Below, piece after piece: positions 9,701 through 18,300 of a stretch of DNA of 35,834 nucleotides. The DNA comes from a virus (taxonomy: Duplodnaviria > Caudoviricetes), in the IMG/VR virus record IMGVR_UViG_3300005934_000013, positions 1-35,834 of that record; one strand, 5' to 3'. Below the pieces are notes generated by a model. That model saw nothing but the letters and a program-made list of their open reading frames with translations. It did no database searches and was not told the DNA's origin. Made by a program: the position numbers and the translations under genes. Position 1 is the first letter of the stretch, and every line of letters starts with the position of its first letter.

Positions 9701-12700
9701 TAGATTACCTGCAGCATTACTCATATTATCAGGAGATTCATAGATTCTCCAATCATTACCACTTAACCATTGAATACCTTCACCAGCACCAGGGTCATTT
9801 ATTTGTATATTATTAACATTGTATAAATTGTTGTTATTCATATTAATCGCCTGTAGCGATGATGTACCATTTGGATTTAGGTATTTTCCAGTATCATTTG
9901 TATCATAGAATATCGGAGCCCTCATATCTGTTGAGTCCGTAAACCCAAAAGAAGTATATGACCTTTCCCAAGATGAGATTAATGCTCTTACTGTACCATC
10001 TTCTCTTCTTAACCTCATATCAGGGTAACCATTACTACCTACCCAGAATCCAGATGAGTTATCATTACCAGCACCCTGAGTTACAAATATAAATGACCAT
10101 GTACTATTCCGTACTTCTCTAAGAGAAATAGCGTTATCAGCTACATTATTTAAATCCATATCAATAGCATGGCTATTGATTACTAAATTAGTAGATAATG
10201 TGGTGTTACTATTATTTACCTCTAATCGTTCACCACCACCAGTTACAACTCGCCATTGGTCCTCTGCATGGAATTGTAAGTAAGTATTAGTATCACCATA
10301 ACTGATGATTTGGTCATCTAAATAGATATCGGTTACATAGTTAAGATTTCCAGCACCTAAACTTAATCCAGCAAATGTTGGTGAATCAGTTGTACGAACA
10401 TTTTGGTTCATTGCATATAACTCATAATCACCCTGTCCAGTGTTTAAGAATGTTGAGTTAATACCACCACTAAATGTTGCTTCACCTGATTTGTTAATTG
10501 TTAATAATGATTGTGCTGAGTATTCAGATTGTCCACCAGATGCTTGATATCCAATTTGGTAATTTGAAAAACCACCACTATATCTTAAACCAGCGAACCA
10601 TTCCTGAGAACCATATGATGTATCAAAGAATTTAGTACCAATACCTCTACCCTCATAACCAGTCATTCTGATTAATGTTGTCCAAGCAGGCGCTCCTGCG
10701 GTATCAGTTGCAACTAAATCAAAAGTTGTAGCTGTATTATTTCCACCTACATATAAGTTACCATTTGTTTCTAATCCATCATCCGCATGCCATCTATCAG
10801 CTGATTCATCCCAATAGAATGATTTGGTTGCTGAACCTCCTCTTAATACTTCAATACCAGCATCTTCCGAAGGAGTACCTGATGTAAAGTTTGAATTAAG
10901 AGTAATAATATTATCTGCTAACTTAATTGTTTCAGTATCAACTGTTGTAGTTGTACCTGTTACTTGTAAGTTACCTGTTATTGTTAATGTTGTTCCATCA
11001 AAAGTAAGATTACTTTCAACGGTTGCGTTTGGTGCTGACCCATTTAGGGTAATTACACCATTATCAGTATTACCAGTTAGGGAAAGTAATCCACTTGAAC
11101 CACCAGAACCAGAAGTACCTGAACTACCACCAGAACCTGATGTTCCAGATGAACCTCCACTACCAGATGTTCCAGATGAACCACCAGAACCTGATGTTCC
11201 AGATGAACCTCCACTTCCACTTGTTCCTCCACTACCCGAAGAACCCCCAGAACCAGATGAACCTCCACTTCCACTTGTTCCACTTGAACCTGATGTACCT
11301 GAAGAACCCGAAGTACCTCCACTACCAGATGTTCCTCCAGAACCTGATGTTCCTCCACTACCAGATGTACCATCGGAACCTACTACACCATCAGCACCAC
11401 TTGTTCCTCCACTACCAGATGTACCAGATGAACCTGAAGTACCACTACTTCCACTTGAACCAGATGAACCTCCACTTCCACTTGTTCCTCCACTACCAGA
11501 TGTTCCACCAGAACCACTTGTACCATCAGAACCTATTGCACCAGCAGCACCATCAGTACCACTACTTCCACTTGAACCACTACTTCCAGAAGAACCCGAT
11601 GTTCCTCCACTACCAGATGTACCAGATGAACCCGAAGTACCTGGCGTACCACCTTCACCACTAGCACCATCTCTACCAGATGTACCACTCGTTCCGCTTG
11701 TTCCACTTGAACCAGATGAACCTGAAGAACCAGATGTACCATCTACACCAGAAGAACCCGATGTACCTTCCGAACCATCCGTACCAGATGAACCAGAACT
11801 ACCACTTGTACCCGAAGAACCACCCACACCATCTTGTCCATCTTGTCCAGATGTACCAGAAGTACCTGATGAACCAGATGAACCACTTGAACCAGATGAA
11901 CCTCCACTACCAGATGTTCCATCATCTCCATCTACTCCATCTACACCAGATGTGCCGCTTGTTCCACCAGAACCACTTGAACCACCAGAACCCGATGTAC
12001 CACCAGAGCCCGATGAGCCACCAGAACCACTTGTACCTGATGAACCACCAGAACCACTTGTTCCAGATGTACCACCAGAACCAGATGTTCCTCCACTTCC
12101 ACTCGTTCCACCAGAACCACTCGTTCCACCACTTCCGCTTGTTCCACCAGAGCCAGAAGTACCTCCAGAACCACTAGTACCAGAACTTCCACTTGAACCA
12201 GAAGAACCACCAGAACCAGATGTTCCACCAGAACCACTTGTACCAGATGTACCATCTACACCCGATGAACCAGATGTACCTGAAGTCCCACTTGTACCAG
12301 ATGTTCCACTTGTACCAGATGTACCAGCAGTACCAGCTGCAGGTTCCCATCCACCAGATGTGTATCTATAAATGTTAGTATCAGTATCGTTATAATATAA
12401 TTGTCCGATTTGTCCACTAGCAGGCGCTGAACTAAATACTGGAATTACAATAGAATCTTTTAAAAGAACTGAACCTGTAAATTGATGTGTATCAGTTGAA
12501 TCATCACCAAATACATTCGAACCCGATGCATAAATTACTGATGATGAAATAAATGTTGTTATTAATTCAGTTGATGTTATTGTTCCACCTACTGATAAAT
12601 TGTTTCCGATTGTTAAATCGTTATCTACTTGTGCATTATTTTTAAAAATACCACTACCAGTTACAATTAAAAATTTATCAATTGTAGTACCGGTGTTTAT

Positions 12701-13162
12701 TCTTAAACCTTGATTTTCAGAAATTACAGCTTCTGCTGAACCTGATTTTAATCTATCGATATCACCTAATGCTGATGCTGGTACATTATATAAACCACTA
12801 CCATCACCATCATATCGAGATGCTGATATAGATGAACTTACACTTAATGAACCTGTTATTGTAGTATCACCAGTAATATCAAAGGTAGTTCCACTTTCAA
12901 CCGATGCGGTTGCTGAACCTTCTGCTATTCTTGTTATATCACCAGTAAGTGCAGTTGTTGGAATATTATTTAATTCGGAACCATCTCCTCTGAAAGAACC
13001 ACTAAAAGAAGATGCAGTTACACTATTATCTACATTTAAGGACGTATTTATATCAATCGAAGATGTGGATATAGTTGCCTGCTCTACACCTTGAACATCA
13101 ATCGAAAGTAAACTTTGACTGACCTGATTAATTCCGTTTGGGTTCTTTCCTCCGTATTCCAT
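3725..13162 (-). CDS. Giant tail fibre (3145 aa) with Gly-X-Y segment, cassette repeats and C-terminal intramolecular chaperone (peptidase S74-like)
   Basis: C-terminus YSDERLKD...GVSAQDV..VLPEIV...VDYDRLTPLLVNAINEQ plus a coiled coil is the auto-cleaving chaperone signature of trimeric fibres. GAGG SD upstream of ATG 13162. Confidence 0.88.
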   Translation of the reverse strand: MEYGGKNPNGINQVSQSLLSIDVQGVEQATISTSSIDINTSLNVDNSVTASSFSGSFRGDGSELNNIPTTALTGDITRIAEGSATASVESGTTFDITGDTTITGSLSVSSSISASRYDGDGSGLYNVPASALGDIDRLKSGSAEAVISENQGLRINTGTTIDKFLIVTGSGIFKNNAQVDNDLTIGNNLSVGGTITSTELITTFISSSVIYASGSNVFGDDSTDTHQFTGSVLLKDSIVIPVFSSAPASGQIGQLYYNDTDTNIYRYTSGGWEPAAGTAGTSGTSGTSGTSGTSGTSGSSGVDGTSGTSGSGGTSGSGGSSGSSGSSGTSGSGGTSGSGGTSGSGGTSGSGGTSGSGGTSGSGGTSGTSGSGGSSGTSGSGGSSGSGGTSGSGGSSGSGGTSGTSGVDGVDGDDGTSGSGGSSGSSGSSGSSGTSGTSGQDGQDGVGGSSGTSGSSGSSGTDGSEGTSGSSGVDGTSGSSGSSGSSGTSGTSGTSGRDGASGEGGTPGTSGSSGTSGSGGTSGSSGSSGSSGSSGTDGAAGAIGSDGTSGSGGTSGSGGTSGSGGSSGSSGSSGTSGSSGTSGSGGTSGADGVVGSDGTSGSGGTSGSGGTSGSGGTSGSSGTSGSSGTSGSGGSSGSGGSSGSGGTSGSGGSSGTSGSGGSSGTSGSGGSSGTSGSGGSSGTSGSGGSSGLLSLTGNTDNGVITLNGSAPNATVESNLTFDGTTLTITGNLQVTGTTTTVDTETIKLADNIITLNSNFTSGTPSEDAGIEVLRGGSATKSFYWDESADRWHADDGLETNGNLYVGGNNTATTFDLVATDTAGAPAWTTLIRMTGYEGRGIGTKFFDTSYGSQEWFAGLRYSGGFSNYQIGYQASGGQSEYSAQSLLTINKSGEATFSGGINSTFLNTGQGDYELYAMNQNVRTTDSPTFAGLSLGAGNLNYVTDIYLDDQIISYGDTNTYLQFHAEDQWRVVTGGGERLEVNNSNTTLSTNLVINSHAIDMDLNNVADNAISLREVRNSTWSFIFVTQGAGNDNSSGFWVGSNGYPDMRLRREDGTVRALISSWERSYTSFGFTDSTDMRAPIFYDTNDTGKYLNPNGTSSLQAINMNNNNLYNVNNIQINDPGAGEGIQWLSGNDWRIYESPDNMSNAAGNLQFTTGTTFRFRVDTSGNSYSSASSRAPIFYDSNDTGTYVDPNTTGVSFQTLGQIRTTRADGFRVDSSSYARIDLDSNNNWSYVRLQDNGATSWDIASYNGGNLELRPGGGGSNRTYFDSSGNSFSENSKRAPIFYDTNNTSYYADPTSTSVLYHAQNIYGSEYIHKKHSGSDFTSGTLVQTDITSNTTNGASFVLEATGKSYSSDPPFNFMVQGYLYNNTIINYSGLHIGKAGFSTMKVFDNGGTLAFWWPRVSYWNSFEVRVRDAGGNSRNRVTSITNSTEPSSSKKVTVTMRNVQIGGTAVNAQDMYAPRYYDSDDTAYYGDFASTSIMNNVQINGQLDIRGYIDADANDPIEIYANMEFQDGQTLRFGNGSDQQIYHSGNHLYIRNYNHAGGNFYFQGENTSGTNQALLYMHTDTARTYVRLYENDGERLRTIDAGVRVYGEYQINDSNTQLEEGNGNALRMRTNSGYVDMGPMNTSYAHFQTDRGLFYFNKQLRTDGGISAYNSDDYAYYPIYYDWNDTAYRVDPNGDSRLWQLGVGYGLPSKRLHVIGDHGNSALRVSLPSGNNGAGTGEVILQMWASEPGNTWDWAGFGYNVDNNLNGGGGAYYFGRPNTNFGQAYMRFSTAGHTYFYNTDTGGTRRTNMEMYSSGYIYVNNYLQAGNSLRAPIFYDSNDTGYYVNPASQSHMNTLTLAGNRIGFINTSFDAEIRVDDGNPNGTGANFTFYGDTGQYNAQLNAEVFNATAQMRSPIYYDSNNTGYYVDPNGTSNLNALQIQKTYQKEYYIDVPGSFNGSYAWVRFNISRFNGGGMPVEMAISRRINDNSNNPYGGCTARYIINSREWHSGQENYWYFYTEHGSYNANQNPYGYFVRSAGPRDLASGGYWFYMELLQGVRYRVSISSDLNFNNNTVGNIEYSVSDPGGIRRQLLGSGVNGNNSTYNNVNADRFYNHDNPAYFADFGSEIRMPAHSGTMRLRTNTHWDSQPGIDFIGTAGEFRMSSDTGNLNLRVDGWGIFYDYVNSPIYYDLNDSGFYVNPRNTSRMSGLRLDGVDNQASGDDAILWINKPNNNDWGMIVTGNLDYGIDLRMASSNSYAFRILRGGSEMLRANSDYLYHYSDMRTPIFYDSDDTGYYADPRSYSSFNDFRATEIYARNWFRNDNSGEGLYNQSTGMHWYSDSSSRWRLYSGSSSTAQILFTTSGNSARGYVYATNSNEIGFLDAGGSWAIRHQNDNGTYFYSDGSTLEARIGVDTVGGNYGTMRVDRTRSGWAGYSINGGWVFMHDNSNAAGIYNDYENEWAILMYRNSYVQLRYNGTWELETQSGYVQARGSFRAPLFYDNNDTGYYLDPNSTGQALRLRGRIYIGPNNSWGRYLQVGGNGREYVDNSSVASVVTTNGNLHLDSASGYTTYINYYDGGTTIFGTGSNNEVARLNSDYFRHNSDVRTPIFYDNNDTGYYADPNSTSIFNSFRSNDLRNRYGVSTDHTYGIYFSNDRSSAYAIFREGGGWSYRYPDLRIAFHTGIKFGANASYNGMRFYNDYNMATQVMSVNNATDPLGGNNVYVNYNLQAGDSLRAPIFYDSNNTGYYFDGASAHSTRFEGVSNRTMAYMGLPGHTRNSGEYYRSRPRQTSDTNYWTGAYGWGRQDMNVVSTWGSGFIDSWSNPDNQPSGTSHWVGAQAFHYRSSNTGGYGWQMVGGPISNLRFRSSWSGWRGWVTIPMLDVNDGNGGSMYAGRYYDSNNTGYYCDPAGSTQLRTVYANDWFRPQGGTGLYFQDRGTGVRSVQDEGGEYGSVATYGNIGGWDGFSLNGRIVFMHDNSSTAGIYNDVNNEWMTQYIRNSHTYLHYNGGWKARTEGSGLRINDILYAEGNVIAYYSDERLKDIEGDIDNALDKVGKLRGFYYRNNKEANLVGYEGNELQVGVSAQDVKSVLPEIVHPAPKAQRLGYDYMTVDYDRLTPLLVNAINEQNDIVKSQKEEIEYLKSELSELKEMMKELLKK
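4470..9930 (-). repeat. 14 dispersed (R)APIFYDSNDTGYY(V/A)DP-like linker repeats within the 3145-aa fibre
   Basis: Counted 14 copies, some degenerate, separating unrelated 70-250-aa segments. DNA copies 7667-7703 and 9593-9629 match at 36/37 nt; 5346-5370 and 5679-5703 are identical over 25 nt. Confidence 0.9.
11090..12334 (-). repeat. Uninterrupted Gly-X-Y tract (138 triplets; GTS/GSS/GSG)
   Basis: Residues 277-691 of the 3145-aa protein. Gly at every third position throughout, with a single Pro. Confidence 0.95.
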
Positions 13163-13172
13163 TAACCTCTAT

Positions 13173-13505
13173 TTATGATATCTCTAATACTGATACAATA
13201 ACATCTGCCGAACTATTTACATTAGATGTTACTGTCATTGAATCATTTGCTTCCAAAACTACTTTTTGGTCACCACCAACTAAAACTGCCGATGAACCAT
13301 TGGGGATAACTGCTCCCTTTACTAAGTATTTAGTAACTCCAGCAGAGTTATCAGTTATTTGTACATCTACATAAATATTTTGAGATACAATATTAGCCAC
13401 ATTTACACCAATTACTGTTGTAGATGTTGCGGCTGGTGTTGTGTAAACGCTTAAACCACCAGTTCCTGCTGGCCCTTTTATACTATTTTTAAATGTGTTT
13501 GCCAT
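13173..13505 (-). CDS. Small beta-rich virion protein, MANTFK-type (putative fibre adaptor/joint)
   Basis: 110 aa: MANTFK...VYTTP...IGVNVAN...IPNGSS...KVVLE...VSVLEIS. Paralogous to both ends of the 288-aa ORF. AGGA SD upstream. The adaptor role is inferred from gene position. Confidence 0.75.
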   Translation of the reverse strand: MANTFKNSIKGPAGTGGLSVYTTPAATSTTVIGVNVANIVSQNIYVDVQITDNSAGVTKYLVKGAVIPNGSSAVLVGGDQKVVLEANDSMTVTSNVNSSADVIVSVLEIS

Positions 13506-13509
13506 ATTC

Positions 13510-13842
13510 CTATCCTAATGCTATTGAGAATGCCAACGCAGAATCTAATACATCTACACCTTCCACTGTAAATGAATTTCCTTGAGTTACATTTATCGAA
13601 CCACTTACTTCAACTGAACCACTATTGATAATATTTGTAATACTACCAGTATTAGTTGTTCCAACATTTAGAGTTTGCCTAACTATTAAATCAGTAAATT
13701 CAGCTTGTTCTACTGTGATATCCCCAGTAAATGAACCAGTAACAGAACCACTAAACGAACCAGTGAAAGAACCACTTAATTCAGCATATGCTGAAGGGGC
13801 TTGTGTAATCGAACCTGAAAAACTGGGTTGGTCTATTCTCAT
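13510..13842 (-). CDS. Short fibre-like structural protein (110 aa) ending ...AFSIALG
   Basis: Has SGSFTGSFSGS repeats like the giant fibres and a hydrophobic C-terminal motif. Preceded by the promoter motif. Confidence 0.75.
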   Translation of the reverse strand: MRIDQPSFSGSITQAPSAYAELSGSFTGSFSGSVTGSFTGDITVEQAEFTDLIVRQTLNVGTTNTGSITNIINSGSVEVSGSINVTQGNSFTVEGVDVLDSALAFSIALG

Positions 13843-13863
13843 TGATAATTATCTTTTCTTTTG

Positions 13864-13872
13864 TATAAATAT
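13864..13872 (-). promoter_or_regulatory. Candidate late promoter motif ATATTTATA
   Basis: Exact motif about 21 nt upstream of ATG 13842, flanked by a 12-bp direct repeat (13846-13857, 13877-13888). Confidence 0.55.
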
Positions 13873-13893
13873 CAATTAATTATCTTTTAACTT

Positions 13894-14352
13894 CTAAGAT
13901 GGTTTGGTAGGCCATACAATATTATAAGGGTCTGATTGAGTTGTTACATCTCTAAGAGATTGTCTGTATGTTTGCCATTCAGTTAGTTTAGAACCTGTAA
14001 TTGGTGAATCCTGAAATTGTGTCCAATCAGAATCACTCAATAATGTATTTCTACTATCTCTTATTTCAGACCACTTTATTTCTTTTCTTGTATTTATGGT
14101 AACTTCATCTGCATCAGATATTTGATATGTTTGTACATATACCGAACCTGATAAAGTTGGAGTTACTTCTACTACATCTTTAGTATAATCATCATCATAA
14201 CCACTATCTTTTGATTCAACATTGTACACACCAAAATTTTCCAACAAACTATCTGGGATAATTGATGGAAAACTTACATTCGGATTCTCAATTTTTAAAT
14301 TTTGAACCGAATATGGATATGTTATAGTTGAACCTGATACTTTTAGATACAT
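13894..14352 (-). CDS. Phage tail fibre assembly chaperone (Phage_tail_APC-like)
   Basis: C-terminal W..IR..RN.LL..SDWTQ..DSP...W..YRQ.LRD.....P..I.WP.KP signature. Confidence 0.85.
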   Translation of the reverse strand: MYLKVSGSTITYPYSVQNLKIENPNVSFPSIIPDSLLENFGVYNVESKDSGYDDDYTKDVVEVTPTLSGSVYVQTYQISDADEVTINTRKEIKWSEIRDSRNTLLSDSDWTQFQDSPITGSKLTEWQTYRQSLRDVTTQSDPYNIVWPTKPS

Positions 14353-14358
14353 AATATT

Positions 14359-15294
14359 TTATTTAAATGTTGCTGGTATCGAACCAAAATTAGTTAAACC
14401 ACTACAAAATGCAAAACAATCAGTACCAACAGGTGTTGGAGTTCTTTCCCAAATTTCATCACCACTTGGTGTATCGGTTGGAGTTGTTCCACCTAATGAG
14501 TTAGCTGTTGTTGCCATATTAAATGCATTAGCAAATGTTGTAACCGATTGGTTGTTACTAAAAAAGTTTGATGGAATTGCGGTTATAGCCCTGCAGTTCC
14601 TAAATACTGATTCAAAGTTTACAACTTGTGTATTGTTATCAAATAAATTATTTGGAATTGATGTTAAACTTAAACATGCGTTAAAAGTACCTGAAAATGA
14701 TGTTACATTTGTATTATTATCAAATAATCCAGATGGGATTGATGAAAATCCAGTACAAAATACGAATGTGTTAACAAAAGATGTAACATTTGATGCGTAA
14801 TCAAATAGACCAGCTGGAATTATTGTAATTCCTGTTTGTCTAAATGTAGAGTTAAATCTAAGTACAGTATTTAATCCCTCATGCAATGTTGCATTTGGAG
14901 TTGGAGTTGCTCCATCATTTGGAATAGTTGTTAAATAAGTACATCCATAGAAATCTATTTGTTCAAAATCCACACCACCCCAATCATCAACTGAACGGTA
15001 TAAATTTTTATAAGATGTGTTGTTATTAACGTTAAAACCTGGACAATATCCATTAACTATAATTTGATATGTACCAGCTACTGAATATGTATGGAATCTA
15101 TTTGATGATAATGCTGATGTAATAGTTGTTGTAGCACTACCATCACCCCAATCAACAACTATATTTGGTTGTTTTCCACTTGGTGATGTTAAAGGGAGTT
15201 CAAATTGTGTATTTGCTCCTCCAGTTTGTATTGTAAATTTAAAAGGTCTCACTTGTCCTGCTTCTATTGAAATTAAACGTCTTGCTATACTCAT
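14359..15294 (-). CDS. PKD-like domain plus leucine-rich repeat protein (BspA/DUF285-like), putative receptor-binding adhesin
   Basis: VDWGDG...HTYSVAGTY (PKD-like) followed by 27-aa repeats IPxxLFDNNTxVTSFxxTFxxCxxLTS (81-nt period). Lies between the fibre and its chaperone. Confidence 0.75.
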   Translation of the reverse strand: MSIARRLISIEAGQVRPFKFTIQTGGANTQFELPLTSPSGKQPNIVVDWGDGSATTTITSALSSNRFHTYSVAGTYQIIVNGYCPGFNVNNNTSYKNLYRSVDDWGGVDFEQIDFYGCTYLTTIPNDGATPTPNATLHEGLNTVLRFNSTFRQTGITIIPAGLFDYASNVTSFVNTFVFCTGFSSIPSGLFDNNTNVTSFSGTFNACLSLTSIPNNLFDNNTQVVNFESVFRNCRAITAIPSNFFSNNQSVTTFANAFNMATTANSLGGTTPTDTPSGDEIWERTPTPVGTDCFAFCSGLTNFGSIPATFK

Positions 15295-15303
15295 AACTAT
15301 TCA

Positions 15304-18300
15304 TTAACTTACATTATTTGCACTTAGGAATCCATAATATGTACTTCCTCCATCATAAGTATAGAATACTAAAATATCTTTTCCATTTGCGGTTAATGTT
15401 GGTGCTGCTCCATTTGCCCATTCGATTGTACCAGGCCAACTTACAGTTGCAGTTCCACCACTACCATCTTCCAACACCAATGTGAATCCGATAGAACGAG
15501 GACCTGTTGGTGCGTTTGAAAGAGTAATTGTTATTGATGCGGTTCTATTAATTCTAAAGTTATTACCTAAAGATAAATTAATATTTGTACTTCCTGATGA
15601 ATTACCAATGTTTACATAATTTTCGTGGTATCTCAGAGAGAATGTAGCATCACTTACATCTAAATCACCAGTTACATCCAATAAGTTTCCATCGAAAGTT
15701 AAGTTGGTTTCTGCGGTTGCAGTTCCATCACCATCCATAGTAAGAACTCTATCACTTCCATCATTATCAACCGTTAAGAATCCACTTGAACCAGAAGTAC
15801 CTGATGAACCCGAAGAACCTGAAGTACCAGATGAACCTAATCCACTCGTACCAGAAGTACCCGATGAACCGAATAAAGTACCATCTTGTCCAGAAGTACC
15901 ACTACTTCCAGAAGAACCTGATGTACCACCAGCTCCAGTTAAACCAGATGTACCCGAAGAGCCATCAACACCAGAAGTACCACCAGTACCACTTGAACCT
16001 GATGAACCAAATAAAGTACCATCTAAACCTGATGTACCCGATGTACCAGCAGTTCCTGTCTCACCACTTGTACCACTACTACCACTACTACCAGCAGTAC
16101 CTGTCGTACCACTACTTCCACTACTCCCAAATAAAGTACCATCTAAACCTGATGTACCTGATGTACCATCAGAACCAGTATTTCCAGAAGTACCCGAAGA
16201 ACCACTTTCACCACTTGTACCCGAAGTTCCACTACTTCCAAATAAAGTACCATCTTGTCCAGAAGTACCCGAAGAACCTGCAGTTCCACTTACACCAGAT
16301 GTTCCACTTTGACCGCTTGTACCAGAAGTTCCTGCTGAACCCGAAGAACCAAAGAAAGTACCATCTTGTCCACTTGTACCCGATGTACCACCAGTACCAG
16401 TTGTACCCGAACTACCACCAGTACCCGTTGTACCTGCCGTACCAGTAGAACCAGCAGTACCTGTTGTTCCAGATGTTCCACTACTTCCAAAGAATGTACC
16501 ATCTTGTCCAGAAGAACCCGATGTTCCACTTGTACCGCTTGTTCCTCCAGTACCAGTTGTTCCAGCAGTACCGGTTGAACCAGAAGTACCAGCCGAACCA
16601 GAAGTACCGCTTACACCAGATGAACCAAAGTAAGTACCATCTTGTCCACTTGTACCGCTTGTACCACTTGAACCAGATGTACCCGATGTTCCAGCACCAG
16701 ATGTACCTGATGTTCCTGCCGTACCAGATGAACCAAAGAAAGTTCCATCAAGACCCGATGTACCAGTTGTACCACTTGTACCCGATGAACCACTTTGACC
16801 GCTTGTACCCGAAGTACCTGCTCCACTTGTACCTGATGAACCAGATGTACCAAAGTTTGTACCATCTAAACCACTACTACCAGATGTACCTGTTGTTCCA
16901 CTTGAACCAGATGTTCCAGTTGTTCCAGAAGTTCCAGATGTACCAGCGGTTCCAAAATTAGTACCATCTAAACCACTACTACCTGATGTACCATCAGTAC
17001 CAGCTTGTCCATCAACACCATCAGCTCCAGATGAACCAGATGTACCTGAAGAACCACCAGTTCCAGCAGTACCAGATGAGCCACTACTACCGCTGGTTCC
17101 AGATGTTCCAGAAGTACCACTACTTCCAAAGAATGTTCCGTCTACTCCGCTTGTTCCACTTGTTCCAGTTGTACCAGAAGTTCCAGCTGAGCCGGATGTA
17201 CCCGATGTACCACTACTACCGAAGAATGTTCCATCTTGTCCAGACGAACCTGAAGTACCTGTTGTACCACTTGAACCAGCTGAACCACTTGTCCCACTAC
17301 TTCCGCTAGTACCATTTGTACCCGAAGTACCTGATGTACCACTACTTCCTTCAGCTGATGTACCAGACGAACCTGATGTACCAGTTGTTCCACTACTTCC
17401 ACTCGTTCCAGAGGTTCCACTTGTTCCACTTGTTCCTTCTGCGGATGTACCAGATGAACCTGATGTACCACTTGTTCCAGAAGTTCCACTACTTCCACTT
17501 GTTCCAGATGTACCTGATGTACCACTGCTTCCTTCAGCAGATGTACCACTCGTACCAGCTGAACCTGAAGTTCCAGTTGTTCCGCTTGTACCTGATGTTC
17601 CCGCCGTACCACTACTTCCTTCAGCTGATGTACCACTCGTACCAGCTGAACCAGAAGTTCCTGCCGAACCTGATGTTCCAGCTGAACCAGAAGTTCCGCT
17701 TGTACCTGATGTTCCCTCCGAACCAGTTGTACCCGATGTTCCAGAAGTTCCTGCTGAACCTGATGTTCCGCTTGTTCCTGCTGAACCAGAAGTTCCGCTT
17801 GTTCCCGATGTACCAGATGTACCTTCTGAACCAGTTGTACCCGATGTTCCAGAAGTTCCCGAAGTACCAGCCGTACCACCACTACCAGATGTACCGCTTG
17901 TTCCAGATGTTCCCGATGTTCCCGATGTTCCGCTTGTTCCACTTGTTCCAGTTGTACCAGAAGTACCCGAAGTACCGGCTGAACCTGATGTTCCATCCGA
18001 ACCAGACGTTCCAGAAGTACCAGCTGAACCTGAAGAACCTTCAGCTCCACTTGTACCACTCGTACCAGAAGTACCTGATGTTCCATCCGTACCAGTTGAA
18101 CCTGAAGTACCACTTGAACCAGAAGTACCAGCTGAACCTGAAGAACCTTCTTGTCCACTTGTACCACTACTTCCACTACTTCCGCTTGTTCCACTACTTC
18201 CAGAAGAACCACTTGAGCCACTCGAACCGCTTGTTCCAGATGTTCCGCTTGTTCCAGATGAACCTGATGTACCAGAACTTCCGCTACTTCCACTTGAACC

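Noticed and set aside
4470-9930. CRISPR-like array suggested by recurring ~36-nt sequences
   Set aside because: The repeats are in-frame coding linkers, degenerate and spaced by hundreds of nt. No cas genes are present.
10824-12378. Plus-strand 515-aa Pro/Glu/Val-rich ORF and overlapping alternative-frame ORFs
   Set aside because: These are antisense or frame-shifted shadows of the Gly-X-Y tract (GGN reads as Pro on the opposite strand and stops are rare). There are no independent gene signals.
3725-13162. T4 gp37-type HxH iron-binding needle
   Set aside because: I did not see repeated HxH motifs near the fibre tip.
13510-13896. Stop-codon reassignment (TAG read-through), as in some large phages
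   Set aside because: Giant ORFs are intact in code 11, and TAG falls at natural protein ends (…SIALG*, …WPTKPS*).
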